Source: Phoronis australis
Lineage: Eukaryota > Animalia > Phoronida
Assembly: GCA_002633005.1 (NCBI GenBank)
Contig: NMRA01000734.1
Coordinates: 1-64,000 of the forward strand
Length of the DNA: 64,000 nt
Direction: 5' to 3'
How positions within the stretch are numbered: the first letter of the stretch is position 1; every line of letters begins with the position of its first letter. Position numbers and translations under genes: made by a program. This document shows, in pieces, positions 26,101 to 37,911 of this stretch. The notes beneath the pieces are model-generated. The model was not told where the DNA came from. It did no database searches and saw only the letters and a list, made by a program, of their open reading frames with translations.

Positions 26101-26954
26101 GAACTCCACTAGAAATGCACGTGTCCTATACCCTTTTGCAACTACAAGTCCGGGGAGTCTCCCTAGCGAGAACTTTTTCCGTTAGGTGACTGCTCTCCCG
26201 CCCTGGGGGGTGGGTTGGGATCCTGCTAGGTTTTCTCTTTATGAGTTACTTCATGTGTTTGGGATGTGCTGGCACTCTGAACTCTTTTTATTATTTTTGG
26301 TACTTCTATATTTAACCTGTGTGCGTTATTCTCTGCTTCTAGGGGAACTGTCCTTGTCATTCTAACACTCTTGGTCTATTTAGCAGTGGCTTTATTTTCG
26401 GTAAGGGGGGATATGGTTAAATTTTTGGGAAGTTTTTCGTATCTGGCGAATGATGTTCATTCCCAGGTGGGCCCCACACTTTTTTAGGGCGGAGGGGAAT
26501 GTTGTAATCGTCAACATCATTCGTCCTTTATCTTTCTGTGGTGTCTTGTGATTTGTCAGTTTTATGCCATAAAACTTTTATGGTTCCCCGGATGCTTGTT
26601 TTATTTAACTGCTGGCGGGAATCCTGCTGGCAGTCTTTCAGCAAGCAATCAGGATGTCAGGGATGGGCACCTGGATTGGGTTTTACCTGAAGCTTGAATA
26701 GATGTGTTTTAACTGGTGAGTACTTCTAGACGCCTAACTAGTGAACCTGCTGTAATATACAACACTATTATACAGCTTTGAACCAGACAATGAGCTGAAT
26801 TAGTCGTGCGATAACTCGACGCAGCACTGTTATACTCCAGCAAAAAAGACAGCCGTGAAACAGTGCTATAGCCCCCATCAAGGCTGTGCCTTCCAACATA
26901 TCATTACCTAAAGCACGTTCCAATATAAGATATATATAACAAGTATCTTCCCAT
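19238..26954 (-). CDS. PUSL1: tRNA pseudouridine synthase-like 1 (TruA/PUS1 family), 7 coding exons, 306 aa
   Basis: Exons 26954-26908, 23799-23733, 21921-21728, 21424-21275, 20822-20594, 19792-19624 and 19302-19238 are all GT-AG with matching phases (921 nt). Motifs: MGRYLLYISYIGTCFRGVQ, TVQKVLE, catalytic SSRTDSGVHA, SRTYIYR, GTHNFYAF, GFLYKQVRRITG, VPPQGLFLKHVEY. An acceptor 7 nt before the ATG implies an upstream non-coding exon. Confidence 0.93.
21922..22345. repeat. 20-bp minisatellite (~21 copies; plus consensus TACCTGAATACTGTGAAACA) at the 3' end of a PUSL1 intron
   Basis: The tandem array is directly visible, and its last unit supplies the AG acceptor of exon 21921-21728. Confidence 0.95.
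23059..23222. repeat. (GT)n/(AT)n microsatellite
   Basis: Direct inspection. Confidence 0.95.
23831..25064 (-). mobile_element. Decayed Tc1/mariner-type transposon (transposase pseudogene) in a PUSL1 intron
   Basis: Minus-strand fragments: HTH-like N-terminus (KEKGWNGRGIIREFPGKEWSRATVNRLIAKI), IIFSDEK (first D), IMVSTGVSWEGKTNIHFI, YMFQQDGAPSHT (second D), DSLKEKVY, KSISGWKKRLR and GHIERRLK*. There are frameshifts and stops, and the WPxxSPDLNP segment is deleted. A TIR-like end TA-TCAGCTGCCCCAAAAAATTGAGCCAC lies at 23831. Confidence 0.85.
25094..25247. mobile_element. ~155-bp MITE with TIRs CGTTCAGTAACGCTAGGAC / GTCCTAGCGTCTACTGAACG
   Basis: Near-identical second copy at about 60543-60695. 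Confidence 0.8.
25480..26764 (+). mobile_element. Small LTR retroelement (TRIM-like; the internal part contains a gap)
   Basis: Direct repeats 25480-25716 and 26500-26764, each TGTTGTA...TACAACA. PBS TGGCGTAGTCGGCA (25719-25732) is complementary to the 3' end of metazoan tRNA-Ser (...UGCCGACUACGCCA). PPT AGGGCGGAGGGGAA lies just before the 3' LTR. Flanks CTAA/CTAT. No gag/pol ORF in the visible internal sequence. Confidence 0.88.
25842..26057. other. Assembly gap (N run)
   Basis: Run of n characters. Confidence 1.
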
Positions 26955-27179
26955 TTTTGCACTGTAGCCCACAATGTCTTCTGCTGTACATAATCAAACA
27001 AACACTAATTTTGTTGATCATATAATTTCGATAATTGTAAGAAAATGAGACAAAATGGTGCTCAAGCTATATATAGAATATGATAACATTGTTTTACATT
27101 ATTTTTGTAGGTATTTTTATTTTTCTAACTTTGTTAAAGTATTTATGAAAATAAATAAGTAAATTATTATCATGCGAAC

Positions 27180-27480
27180 CAGGTCGAGGCCATAGAAATA
27201 GGAGCGAGGCTGGCGACGTGGAATCGGTGAGATACTCGCGTTTTATGGCTTAAATCTGACCCATATTTGCCCACTGTGATTTACTTTCACAGCTTCGTTT
27301 ACTTTTGGTAGGGCTTGGGAGTGAGTATGAATTGAAAAAAAGTTACTGAAGTTCGCTGAAACCTCTAAACGTATAACTTTACCGGCAACTGGTCTTCTAT
27401 TTCCTGTTTCACTTTCTGGAATTGTGGTAAGTGCGGTGAACAGTGAGCGTCTCGCTTCGGTAAAATTGGTTGATCCACCA
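27180..27480. promoter_or_regulatory. Putative bidirectional promoter and non-coding first exons of PUSL1 (minus) and RER1 (plus)
   Basis: The two start codons (26954 and 28378) diverge 1.4 kb apart and both are preceded by splice acceptors. This CpG-enriched stretch has a plus-strand donor GTG|gtaagt at 27426 and a minus-strand donor CCG|gtaaag at 27383. Confidence 0.55.
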
Positions 27481-28377
27481 CTTGGGGATGATTGGTGGAC
27501 CTCGTAGCTGACTTGCTAACTGATAAATGTCGGATAGATGGGTCCCTGATTTAAAATTGATTTGAGAACTATTTACTCCCCCTGAATAACGCCTATCTGG
27601 CTCAATCTAGTTCTAACTCTGGCCAAAAAACTGAAAGGTGGACAATCATGGGCGGCGCAGCACTGAAAAAAGTGTGGGGCTAATGCCCCCTCAGCCCCCC
27701 GTTGTTCACTGCCTATAGACCATGTGCGGCATAGCACTCAAAAAAGTAGGAGGCTATAGCCGCCCCCCCACCCTAGCCCCCTATTATGGTGCGCCTTTTT
27801 AACAATGCATCTTAAAATAGCATATTTCACTAATCCGCTTTTTTTGTGCATTTTCAGAATATACTTTTGAAACTAAACACCGTTCAGATTTGCTGTAGTG
27901 TAACACGCGTGGCTTGAACAATGTATCAAAATGTCCCAGGGCCGATCAAGTTTTGTACGGCCAAAGCAATGAAGATACAAAGAAAATTGATGCTGGGTTC
28001 TTAGCGTTTTACATAAACAACCTCATTGAAAACATCTATGTACATCGGAGATGGGTGCAAAATGCACAACAATTTATTTCAATTTAAATTGTGTCAATAA
28101 ACAATGCAATGCGTTTTTATGTCGTCTAGAATAACTGTAAGCACTGAAGTTGATTTGTGTGGCCTTACGTCATGCATTTCTGTCTAAACGAAACGGTCAC
28201 AATTTTAGGGCCTCATTCAAAATGGCCGGTAATATGAGCGACTGTTTCAAAACTCTGCTTATGGAGACAAACAAGGGTTACGATTGGAAAAACACGTATA
28301 CTTGTGAAGGCTTCCATTGCTCAAGTTGAACACATGTCTGTGGTGTGACGTGATGTAATCGTTTTCATTACAGAGTG

Positions 28378-31300
28378 ATGTCTGCTGACCTGGGCATAAA
28401 AGAAGATGGAGCTGGGCCGTCATCACCCGGAGCTATTCAACGTTTTTTTACCAGAGTAGGCCAGGTAATGCCATATTGATTATTAACTTCGTACCAGCCC
28501 GGTGTGTGTAAGGTATGTTTACCTTGTAGTATAGCTCAAAGTCATAGTCTGGTTTTTAGTTTGTGTATGTATGCAACAGAACACTCCAATGTTGTGTTAA
28601 ATGAACCAGCTTCCTCTCCGTGCTAAATTGAGCAATCCATTGCTTTTTTAAAACTGTATTTCACCCTGTTTAGCTGTTTACAAAATGGAATTTTGATTGT
28701 CAGCGGCTCCTTACCATGTTAGGATTCCATATTCATTACGAACAAGAACTTCGTAACCTTGTGTAAGTTTGTTGGACTTGGCCAAGTTGCGGATTCAAAA
28801 ATGGCATACGCACACATTGACTGTGATATGATTTGCTGGCCCATTCATCAACGATAATTGATTGAGTGAGCATGGTAATGATTCTAAACATGAAGGGCTT
28901 CGGTTAAGAATGCAACATTGACAGCTGAGCAATAACGAAATGCAGCTTTAAATTTTCCTTTGCTGCGTATCCATGTTTTCTCTTGTACTTCATTCACCTC
29001 AGTTCCGTTCCAACAATTTGTACAGCCACAAATTTTCAAATAATTTCCACAGTTCATGCCTATGGATTCATTTGTGAAATTTAGTACTAATTACCAAAAG
29101 AATTTCTACATACCTGCTGTGCGTTTCATCAGTCATGCCTGTGAATTGAAACCGAAGTTGTTTTTATTTCAGCGCCATCAGCAATTACTGGACAAGTTTA
29201 CACCCTTCACAGTGATCAGGTGGCTTGTTTGTTGTGTTCTGTGCGCTCTATACCTTGTGCGCGTTTACCTTCTGCAGGTAATGTTATTGTATAAATCATA
29301 GGGGTTTGTGGTGTCCGTGGACACACCTGTGATCTGCGTTACAAGTTGCTATGTTCGGCAAGTAAATGTCGTTCTAATCAGATCCATCTGGATTGCGAAT
29401 TCATGCGAGTAATAATAAATAAATAATTGCAGGCGGTCTGATACACGTCGTACCAGACGTGCGCAGGCCTCGCATGTGGGCCCATTGCACTGATCACCTG
29501 GAAATATTTTTATGCTTTATTGATATATGGTTAAAACCGAGCTGAGGAGCTAGAAACCTGGCTCAAAGGTTTAGCAGGGTGACCTGCGAGTAAGGTGAAC
29601 TGTGACTTATTTGAAAGGCGGGCTTGTCAACAATTTAGAATAGTCATAATGCAGAACTTTGAATTAAGCTGTGATCAGACTTGTGCACGATCGACTTGTT
29701 GTAGTTTTACTGTATGGGAATGTGTACAGATTTGATTCATTGAAGGAGCACTGTTTAGGTACTGTGTGATTTGCAGTGGTTTGAAAGTCAGGGACCAAAT
29801 ACAAGAACACTGACTTAGCTTGGACATGTCTTAAACTTAAGCCAACTTTTAAGTTATTACAGATTGTCTAAAGGCTGTGTAGGACCCTAGAATATTTCTC
29901 AGATTCGGGACATCTTATCTTAGAAATGCAGATTCATATGAAACTTTCAGATGTGTTGCCTTATACGTTGTTCTTCAATGCATTTAGAAGTTGTTTTTAC
30001 ATAGATCCACTTTTGACAGATGGACTAAAAAAGGTGATTTTCATGATTTTTAGAAAAAAATTGAAGAGGCAATTTTATTTTTCTCTGTACTCCTCTGTAT
30101 CTTTGGAGTTCCTTGGTGGATTTTTATGAAATTTGGCAAATAGGTTTCTATTTGAGCCAATGACACCTTTTCGTTTTCAGATGGATTTGACGTAGTGTAC
30201 GCTTCCTAGTGGCGTTTTTTTTATTTTGTTTGAGTCTTGTTTTTGGTGTCCATCTCTCTATCGGCCAGACCACTCTAAAAATCATTATGAAAATTGGTGA
30301 ATGTGTACCTAGTAGGACAATTTTTGGACAGTTTGACTACCGTGGCACCCCCTAGTGGGAGCTTGCTTTTTTGCTACTGCAGCCGTTTCTCTCTACATGT
30401 TGTATTTCTATGAACATGACCACAGATGACGACGTTTGGACGTATCTGACTACCATGTGGCCCCATTGCCAGTTGGGCTTGGCATATGTGTTCGTATTGA
30501 GGAACACATTGCTGACTTGCTATGCACCCCCTGGAGGCTATGAGCATTGCTCCATTTAGTATCTGCTCTATATGCGATGCACACGGTGGGCGTATATCAA
30601 CGCTCCATGTTGCTCTTGTTATTTTTTCTGTTGTACTCACACTTAACAAAGATACTGTCAATTTGTCATCTACCTGAAATTGTGTCTTAACACTTTTGAT
30701 GGACACTGCTCTCATCTGTTCCTATGTTCAGGTTCATATAAGTCCTGTTTTGGCTTTATTGTTTTATGCTCAGTTAATTTTTAATCATTTTTACTTATTT
30801 TTATGCTTATTTTTCAGGGATATCACATCATAACCTATGCCCTGGGAATATACATTCTCAATCTATTTATACTGTTCCTGTCCCCAAAGATTGACCCAGC
30901 CTTACAAGAATTAGAAGATACAGGTTAGTTTATATTGAACACCTTTCAGTTTGACAGAGCCAATATGCATGTTGATTAATAAAACACATCCGTTTAAAGT
31001 GGCTTGATGTGCCACACAAATTCAACAACTCCAGGGGAGACAATCTTTCTCCATTGGCCATTGCAGCTATTTTCATTGACATCAATTTTCATCAGTGCAT
31101 TTTGTTTGATTTCCGGTCTAGTTATGTCACCTGGTGCTTTCCAGGATGACATTGGCTTGCAACACTAGGCCTCTGGTTTATTACAAAATTTCAACAATAC
31201 TTGTAGCAACGTGTGCCCAGATTTATTACAGTGAGAACGTAGTGGAGTGTGCTCATGTAATAAATTGGGGCCCATCAAAGCTAGCTGTTGTGTAATTTTA

Positions 31301-33534
31301 GTTAAACAGGACGTGAGAAACTAAGTTAAAGCTCAGTTATGTCTCTAAGGTAATCAGAGACTTGTGTAACTGTGTAGTAAAACAAAACCCTAAACATCAA
31401 CTTTGCAGTAAACTTATACTGCCTGTGAAGCCTACACAAATGACTGTCGTGAGTGGCTGTTAAGCCTACGAAAATGACTGGAGTGAGTGAAGCTGTGTGT
31501 TATTTGCAGAGGATGGACCTTCATTACCCACAAAGTCCAGTGAAGAATTTAGGCCATTCATGAGGCGGTTACCAGAGTTCAAGTTTTGGTAAGTATATCC
31601 ATAGATGAGGTATTATGATGAGTCTACATTGTAGTCTTACTGTATGTCAAATAATAAAGCTGAACCCTTCTTAAAGGACGAGAAGGAAGTAAACCAGCTG
31701 GCACCTGTTTCTACGACAAATACAACAGGAATACGCCATATTCAGAACAGAGGCTGCCCGTTCACAAAATCACCAGTACAGCAATTTCTGAGCTGTGTTC
31801 AACCTTTCATACAAGTATTTTATGATTCAATTAACAATAAACTCATTGTTTTAAGGGTACTTGGGCCCGCTGTTGTTGAAATGATTGTACAATGTTGTTA
31901 TTTCTCTTCCCCTTTTTAGGTATTCAGCTTCCAAAGCATTCCTATTTGCATTTGGTTGCACATTCTTTGAAGCCCTCAACGTACCTGTCTTCTGGCCTAT
32001 ACTTGTTATGTACTTCATCATATTATTTACTGTCACCATGAAGAGGCAGATTAAGGTAACTTATTATACTAGCTATCACTGAATATGACAGTAGCGTAAA
32101 TTTTGTCGTTGCCCACATGTTTATTTATATGTGTGTGGGCGCATTGTTTTGTCATCTCTGTCCGTTGCGGGTCTGCTGCGGTATCTCCAAAACCCTGCAA
32201 TGGATATCTGTGAAATTTTTGCTGTTGTGTTCCTATCATGAATGGGACAGCACAAGCAAATTTTTGGATAGTTCCAACTGCTGCTACGCTCTTGAAATCG
32301 GTCTGGTACCATTTCGAGTCTGAATTGCCAAGACACGGGACTAGAATGTAGCCTCAAATTATAGCTTTGTCTCTGTAATATCCAATTGAGCTCTCTGCAT
32401 GTTTGTGATTTTTCACACCTTTCTATATGTTTTTGCGCCATTCGTTCTAGATTTACCTCCTCTATCAATGACTGATATGGCCAGGAATAAATTTTGTGTT
32501 GATGTTCTCTTCATTTTTGCAATGAATGTTGGACAGCTGTTGCAGTGTGTTCCTACACAAGAGTGTGTGACATTCTGTGCTTTTGACAGTGCTCTGGTGA
32601 AACTACAATGGGCTGAAGCCAGTGTTCTGTTCAGTATATTTAGCCCATCTCTGTCTATAGATCCACTGTTTGTACTTTTTTATCCTCAAGTCCCTCGGAG
32701 GATCCGCAAATCCCTCGGAGGATATTTGTGAAATTTGGCACTTGTGGTGATGTGAACGTCGTGATGAATTGGGACGACTTTCAGTCCAGTTTGGTTACGA
32801 TTTTCCTCCTACTTGTAGATGTAAAGCACTGTAAGACTAAGTGATGAGATGGATCAGCTTTAATACATATTTGTATGGAAGAGATGAACAATGGTAGCTC
32901 TGCTCATCAAGTTTATATTTACACCATCTTGCAGGGCTTGCACAGTTGTGTGAATGTGAAGTTTGTTATATTTACAACATCTTGCAGGGCTTGCACAGTT
33001 GTGTGAATGTGAAGTTTGTTATATTTACACCATCTTGCAGGGCTTGCACAGTTGTGTGAATGTGAAGTTTGTAATGAGGCTCTTTATGTCAGTTTCACAC
33101 AGCTGTGAAATGCTTTTCAGTGTCTTAACCAAATGCTGTTGGTGCTTGAATTAGTTTGAAGTTAGACTGTACATCAGAAATTGCTTCGTTAGTATATGGG
33201 TTGCTGCTCATCGTCTAAGTAAGGGCCCTGTAACACCAAGTTAGTTCTAAGTATGGTCTCAAGGTGGCGCATACTAGTGGTAACTGACTATCAATTGTAC
33301 CGAGTAAGATGCCCAAGTGTTGCATTGGAGGCATGTCTCATATTTTTGCACCTACATACCCTGTTTTCGCCACATGTTCTTAGTAAGAGTGTCGTAGATG
33401 CTTGTTGGCAGTACTAATAGTGTGTTGCTTCTGTTCCCTTTCAGCACATGATTAAGTATCGGTATATCCCATTCACACATGGCAAAGCGAGGTATAAAGG
33501 GAAGGAAGATGGCGGCAAGGTGTCTGCTCAGTAA
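28378..33534 (+). CDS. RER1: Protein RER1 (Golgi-to-ER retrieval receptor), 6 coding exons, 200 aa
   Basis: Exons 28378-28464, 29173-29277, 30818-30923, 31510-31588, 31920-32055 and 33445-33534 (603 nt, GT-AG, phases match). Diagnostic motifs: [87 protein letters not shown]. Confidence 0.97.
30085..30620 (+). mobile_element. Helentron family B, 3' portion, in a RER1 intron
   Basis: Reverse-complement similarity to the 17830-18800 monomers. Ends with a subterminal GTGGGCGTAT, a short hairpin CAACGCTCCATGTTG and CTTGTT. Confidence 0.65.
32110..32260 (+). mobile_element. Helentron family B, 5' end fragment
   Basis: Hairpin GCCCACA...TGTGGGCGCAT followed by sequence matching the reverse complement of 19060-19130. 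Confidence 0.55.
32909..33072. repeat. 53-bp tandem repeat, ~3 copies, in the last RER1 intron
   Basis: Unit AAGTTTGTTATATTTACACCATCTTGCAGGGCTTGCACAGTTGTGTGAATGTG. Confidence 0.95.
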
Positions 33535-34157
33535 CTACGCAGTAGCGCAAGCTACTGTCACAGTGTACATAATACAGAAATCGCTGGGTTACTGCTATGC
33601 TCCAGACCCTGTCCGAGGCCAAGGTGGACAGAGGCTACTCAATCGTGCGTCAACACTTACCATTACAGTTTGGCTGCGTGCCTGTTGCCATGGTAGCAGT
33701 TCTCAGTTGCATCTTGTTATTCAGCAGTTATGGCTTTGGTTTAGCAGTAAAGATGTGCTAGAAATTCGCTAGACGGCGCTAGTGAAACAATAGTCCTACC
33801 TGAAAGTGCTTGCTTTGAGATAGTCAGGTGGGATCCTTTTGTGACAAATTTGCTTTTACTGGTGAAGAGATCTAATAATTGTTCACAATCTGTCTAAATA
33901 ATGAAATATGATCATTTCTTCAGTGACACCTCATGGTGCCTAGTGTATTCCTTTCTTAAATTGCTGTACTCAAGTGAATCATTATGGTACAGAAGTGATG
34001 AAGCCAACAAACTTGGCATACGTTTTATAAGTAGATCTGGGATAATCATTAAAAAGGGTTTTTTGTTACTGCTTAACAGAATAGAAGTTAAATGCGTGGG
34101 TTATCCTCTGTAATTTACTTTAACTGTCTGATTTGGTGGGTTTTGTGAAATGATTAA

Positions 34158-34163
34158 AATAAA
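34158..34163 (+). terminator. Candidate polyadenylation signal of RER1
   Basis: AATAAA about 620 nt after the stop; further AATAAA signals near 34320 and 35570. Confidence 0.4.
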
Positions 34164-36859
34164 GACTCTCAAATATGGCATGTAAACATTTGTCGTAAAG
34201 TTTTAAGGGAATGTATTTTACATCTCTTCACTGGGAACCAGTTTCATTAAAAAGTTGCATCTTTACATCCTTTTAAGTTCTGCCATAACGTAAAGTTATG
34301 TCAATATTTCATGGAAAATAATAAACTACTAAAAAAAGTTGGTGTACCATATATTTTTCACGCCATTTGAAATGGGAGTTTTTGTCCTGTGTTGAGGGGA
34401 CACAGTTTTAAGAAAAAATATATGTCAGACAATGGTCATGAAATGGATGATTTAAGTTGTAATGGTTTATTGTCCTAGAAAGTTCGCTATAGGTTTGAAT
34501 ATTGAAAGTGTATTGCAGTCCAAGTTTGACCTAAAATTGAAATTATGAAATAAACTCGCAAACTTTTGTTGGAAGTTTCCTTTGCCATAATAGCAATTGA
34601 TTTCTACCTCTGAAAGGAATTTAAGGGTCATTCATCTACTTAAGGCAGCCCGATTTCTGACAGGTTTGCATACCTGTCAAATCTGGTGGTGTTTTGAAAC
34701 TTGTACTTGTGGACACCTTGGGTGACGTTTTTAGAGATGGAAAGCATTTGATGTGGTGTGGAATAGGTATAAAATGTCATGGCATACTGTCTTAAGTAAC
34801 CTGCTTCACTCTAGGTGTTAGATAAACAGAATGTGCTCCATTAAGAGCACTACTTAACTTCCTTTTCTGTGGATCAGGGTGGACCAGAAATTGTCTAATC
34901 ATTTCAAACTCATGTTCACGTAATCTTTGTACCATTGTGATCCACTGAAAGGGCACCTAAACAGTCCTCTTGTCGCTTCAAATTAAGCCATGTCTTGAAA
35001 ACGTAACAGCTAAATCTGTTATTTTTTACCTTCATTTTCTGACCAACCAACTGTTATCAAGTCCTGTTCTCTCGCTGTATGACGGAATTTCCTGAGATAC
35101 ACTTCAAAGAACTTTCTTACTGAACACATACATGCATGAGTTATGTCCTTGTGCTCAATTTTCTGGAAAATAGGTGCGAAACTCAGATTGCATGCTTACT
35201 TTGATTAGTTTTGAATAGAGGTTTCTCCTTCCTGTCAAGTCTGGTTTAAACCTATTCCAATTTTCAGAAAACTCACTAACAAAATAGTTGCCACAGTTAT
35301 CAATCAGTACTTTGGTGAAACAGGAACCTGGTCTATTTTTTTCTATATTAGTCACTAGTTAGTTTTAAGCAATGACTCACTGCAAACTGCATGACTGTCT
35401 GTAATAGGGATATTGTTGAGAATTCTTTACCAAGTATGGATGGTCAATGAGTGTAATGCCATACAAATTATTGGAATTCATTGTCCATGATGTAAATATA
35501 TCTTATGGTCATGCCCAATTGATATTCTAATACAAAAGCTGTCTTACCTTCCATTCAAATGTTTGGTAATAAAACAATAATAAAACAATATTGTAGAATC
35601 ACACTGAAGTTGTCTTATAAATCCATCTTGCAGAAGTTAGCAGTTGTATTTATAGAAATGTAATTTCATACAATCCCTCACTTAAAGACTTGTAAATATT
35701 AAGTGCTACACTGGCTGGTCAACTATGGCCAACTTCAAAATAAGATAAAATAAAAATGAAGCCGTTTGTTAAGTCGGAAAAATTCTACAAGCTCCATCAA
35801 ATCTGCAGTTTGAGGATAGAAAACAATTTGTCATAATTTCACAATTTTTTTGCCAGGATCCCAAAATCAAATCGTAACGAGCGACTCTGGAATTTTCTAC
35901 GGTAACGGTTATATTACGTAATCATTGCTCCATGGCATGGAGCGTTTCAGAAGAGGCTGTCTGTTATTGAGGTGATGGTGGTACCGGGAATTTCCACAAT
36001 CAGGGCAGGCCTGTAGTCAGGGGGGTTCAATCGAACCCCGCCTCCGCGGAAAAAGTCCAGCCCCAGCCTATCCGTTAAAGATAGGATACACTGATGGACA
36101 ACAACAAAATTGTTGCAGCTACTAATACTACTAACTACAATGATAACTGAGTTAGTAATAACTTTGAATTTGCTTTTGATTCCAAGCCATTCACGTAATC
36201 ATCGGGCCGTACTCGGCCAACTTCGCCCCAATGGTATTTGCGTAGATGACAGTGCAGACGATAAGAGGAGGCTTTATATTACTCATCGGCATTGAACACA
36301 CGTGGTGGTTATACCGTAGGGTAACAAGGGTGTCTAGAAATGCCTAGCTAAGCTATATAGCAGCGAGAGAGCTCCCAAAAAATTGTGCTGTGTGAAAGGC
36401 CTTAAAATCGACCAAGGATCAGAACAGCACTGAGAAAATAAGTTTGCTTTCTGCTTTTCATATGCTTGCTAGCATAGAACGGAAAATGGCAGGCATTTTG
36501 AAAATTTTCGTCAAATACAGGTATGTTTTTCATTCAGTCTCCACTTCGATTGTGGATTGGTGTATTGACATGCATGCGTGTACACGTGTGTGCGTTTCCG
36601 TCCTTTTAAATAGAAGCTGACGGTAAGTAACTATAGGCAGTCCTCTGTCGTTGCTCAAAAACCAGAATCCTCTAACGTGTTTTCTTGCACTAAGAAAACA
36701 CCGACGAGCATGTTCACATTTTTGGGAAAAGTATAGGTCTAGACCCAATAAAAACTTTGGTCAATGAAAATAGACTTCTCTTGTCAATAGTGTCCATGGT
36801 GCACGGCCTCACAGACTTGATTCATACGAGCAACTAACTTGATGGAAAAGATTTCCAAG

Positions 36860-37911
36860 GTTATATGCCACTATTACGAAAGTTCAACACTCCGGCCGAA
36901 GGTTCGCCGCCGTCGTAACTTCACTACTTCGAATGTCCGCAACTTTCAAAACTAGAACTCCGACAGTTATTTTTTTCTTAAATATAAGCACAGCCCCAGG
37001 AGTTACTTATCCATTGCACACAGTTCACTAGTAAGACCAGAGTAGTAGGAGATACCTTTGTGTAATGCTCGATTGTCAGCCAGTGGAGCCAGGATTCGAA
37101 ACGTCTCCAAACAGGAGTCGCCACCTCAAACCACTAAGCCAGTTCATTACTCTGATTGTCTACTAATGAGTCGTAACCATAGACATCTTTAGTATTGCAC
37201 TTGTGTCCATTTAGTAAACATTTAAAGGTATGCAAAAGTTGAATAATTCTCAATATATTGATTACATTGTTTACAAATGCGCTCAGTTCCAATCACTGTC
37301 AATCGTGATTCTTGGATCTAAGTAACGACTCATTCTCAAGCACGGACAACATCTGGGGCATGGCCGCAGGGTCAGGGCTGCGGCGACCAACGGATTTAAA
37401 TTTTGAAAGACTGGACGGTGCTCTATGACTTCTTGAAGTCTGACAGGGACAGGGTAGCCCACTGACTATACATTTAATTTCAACCAGGCCGTGTGCGTGG
37501 TTCCGGTGGGTGGGGTTCAGGCGCAACGGCCTAAACTTTTCAGTCACGCTGTAAAATGATGCGGCCATGACATGGATTTGATGAATGTATGGTGGTTGAT
37601 AATTCATCAATATTCCCACACCATATTTTCTAAAATGCAATAACGTTCCCATTTTTCCGTGTTCGTAAGTCATGAGATCAATTTCACAAAATCCAAACAA
37701 AGTGTTTTAGTACCCAGGCGTTGTTTTCGGTATCATAGGTACACCATTCTGTGTATCCAATAACCAAAGTAAAAGTGCACCATTCAATTTTACATGTAAA
37801 AGTGTAAAAATTACACATGAGCTGAAAAAGTTAGATTTATTCGTAGTAGTGAACCTTCGAAGTAGTGAACCTTCGGAATGGCGAACCGAATGGTGAGTAG
37901 TGGGCCGTTTC
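36860..37911. mobile_element. Foldback-like element with inverted ends built of ~15-bp subrepeats (GAAGGTTCACTACTT)
   Basis: 36868-36945 (GAAGGTTCGCC, CTTCACTACTTCGAA) is inverted relative to 37843-37890 (AGTAGTGAACCTTCGA x2, ATGGCGAACC). Confidence 0.5.
36985..37145 (-). mobile_element. tRNA-derived SINE fragment
   Basis: Minus-strand box A TGGCTTAGTGG and box B GTTTCGAATCC at tRNA-like spacing; no complete cloverleaf. Confidence 0.55.
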
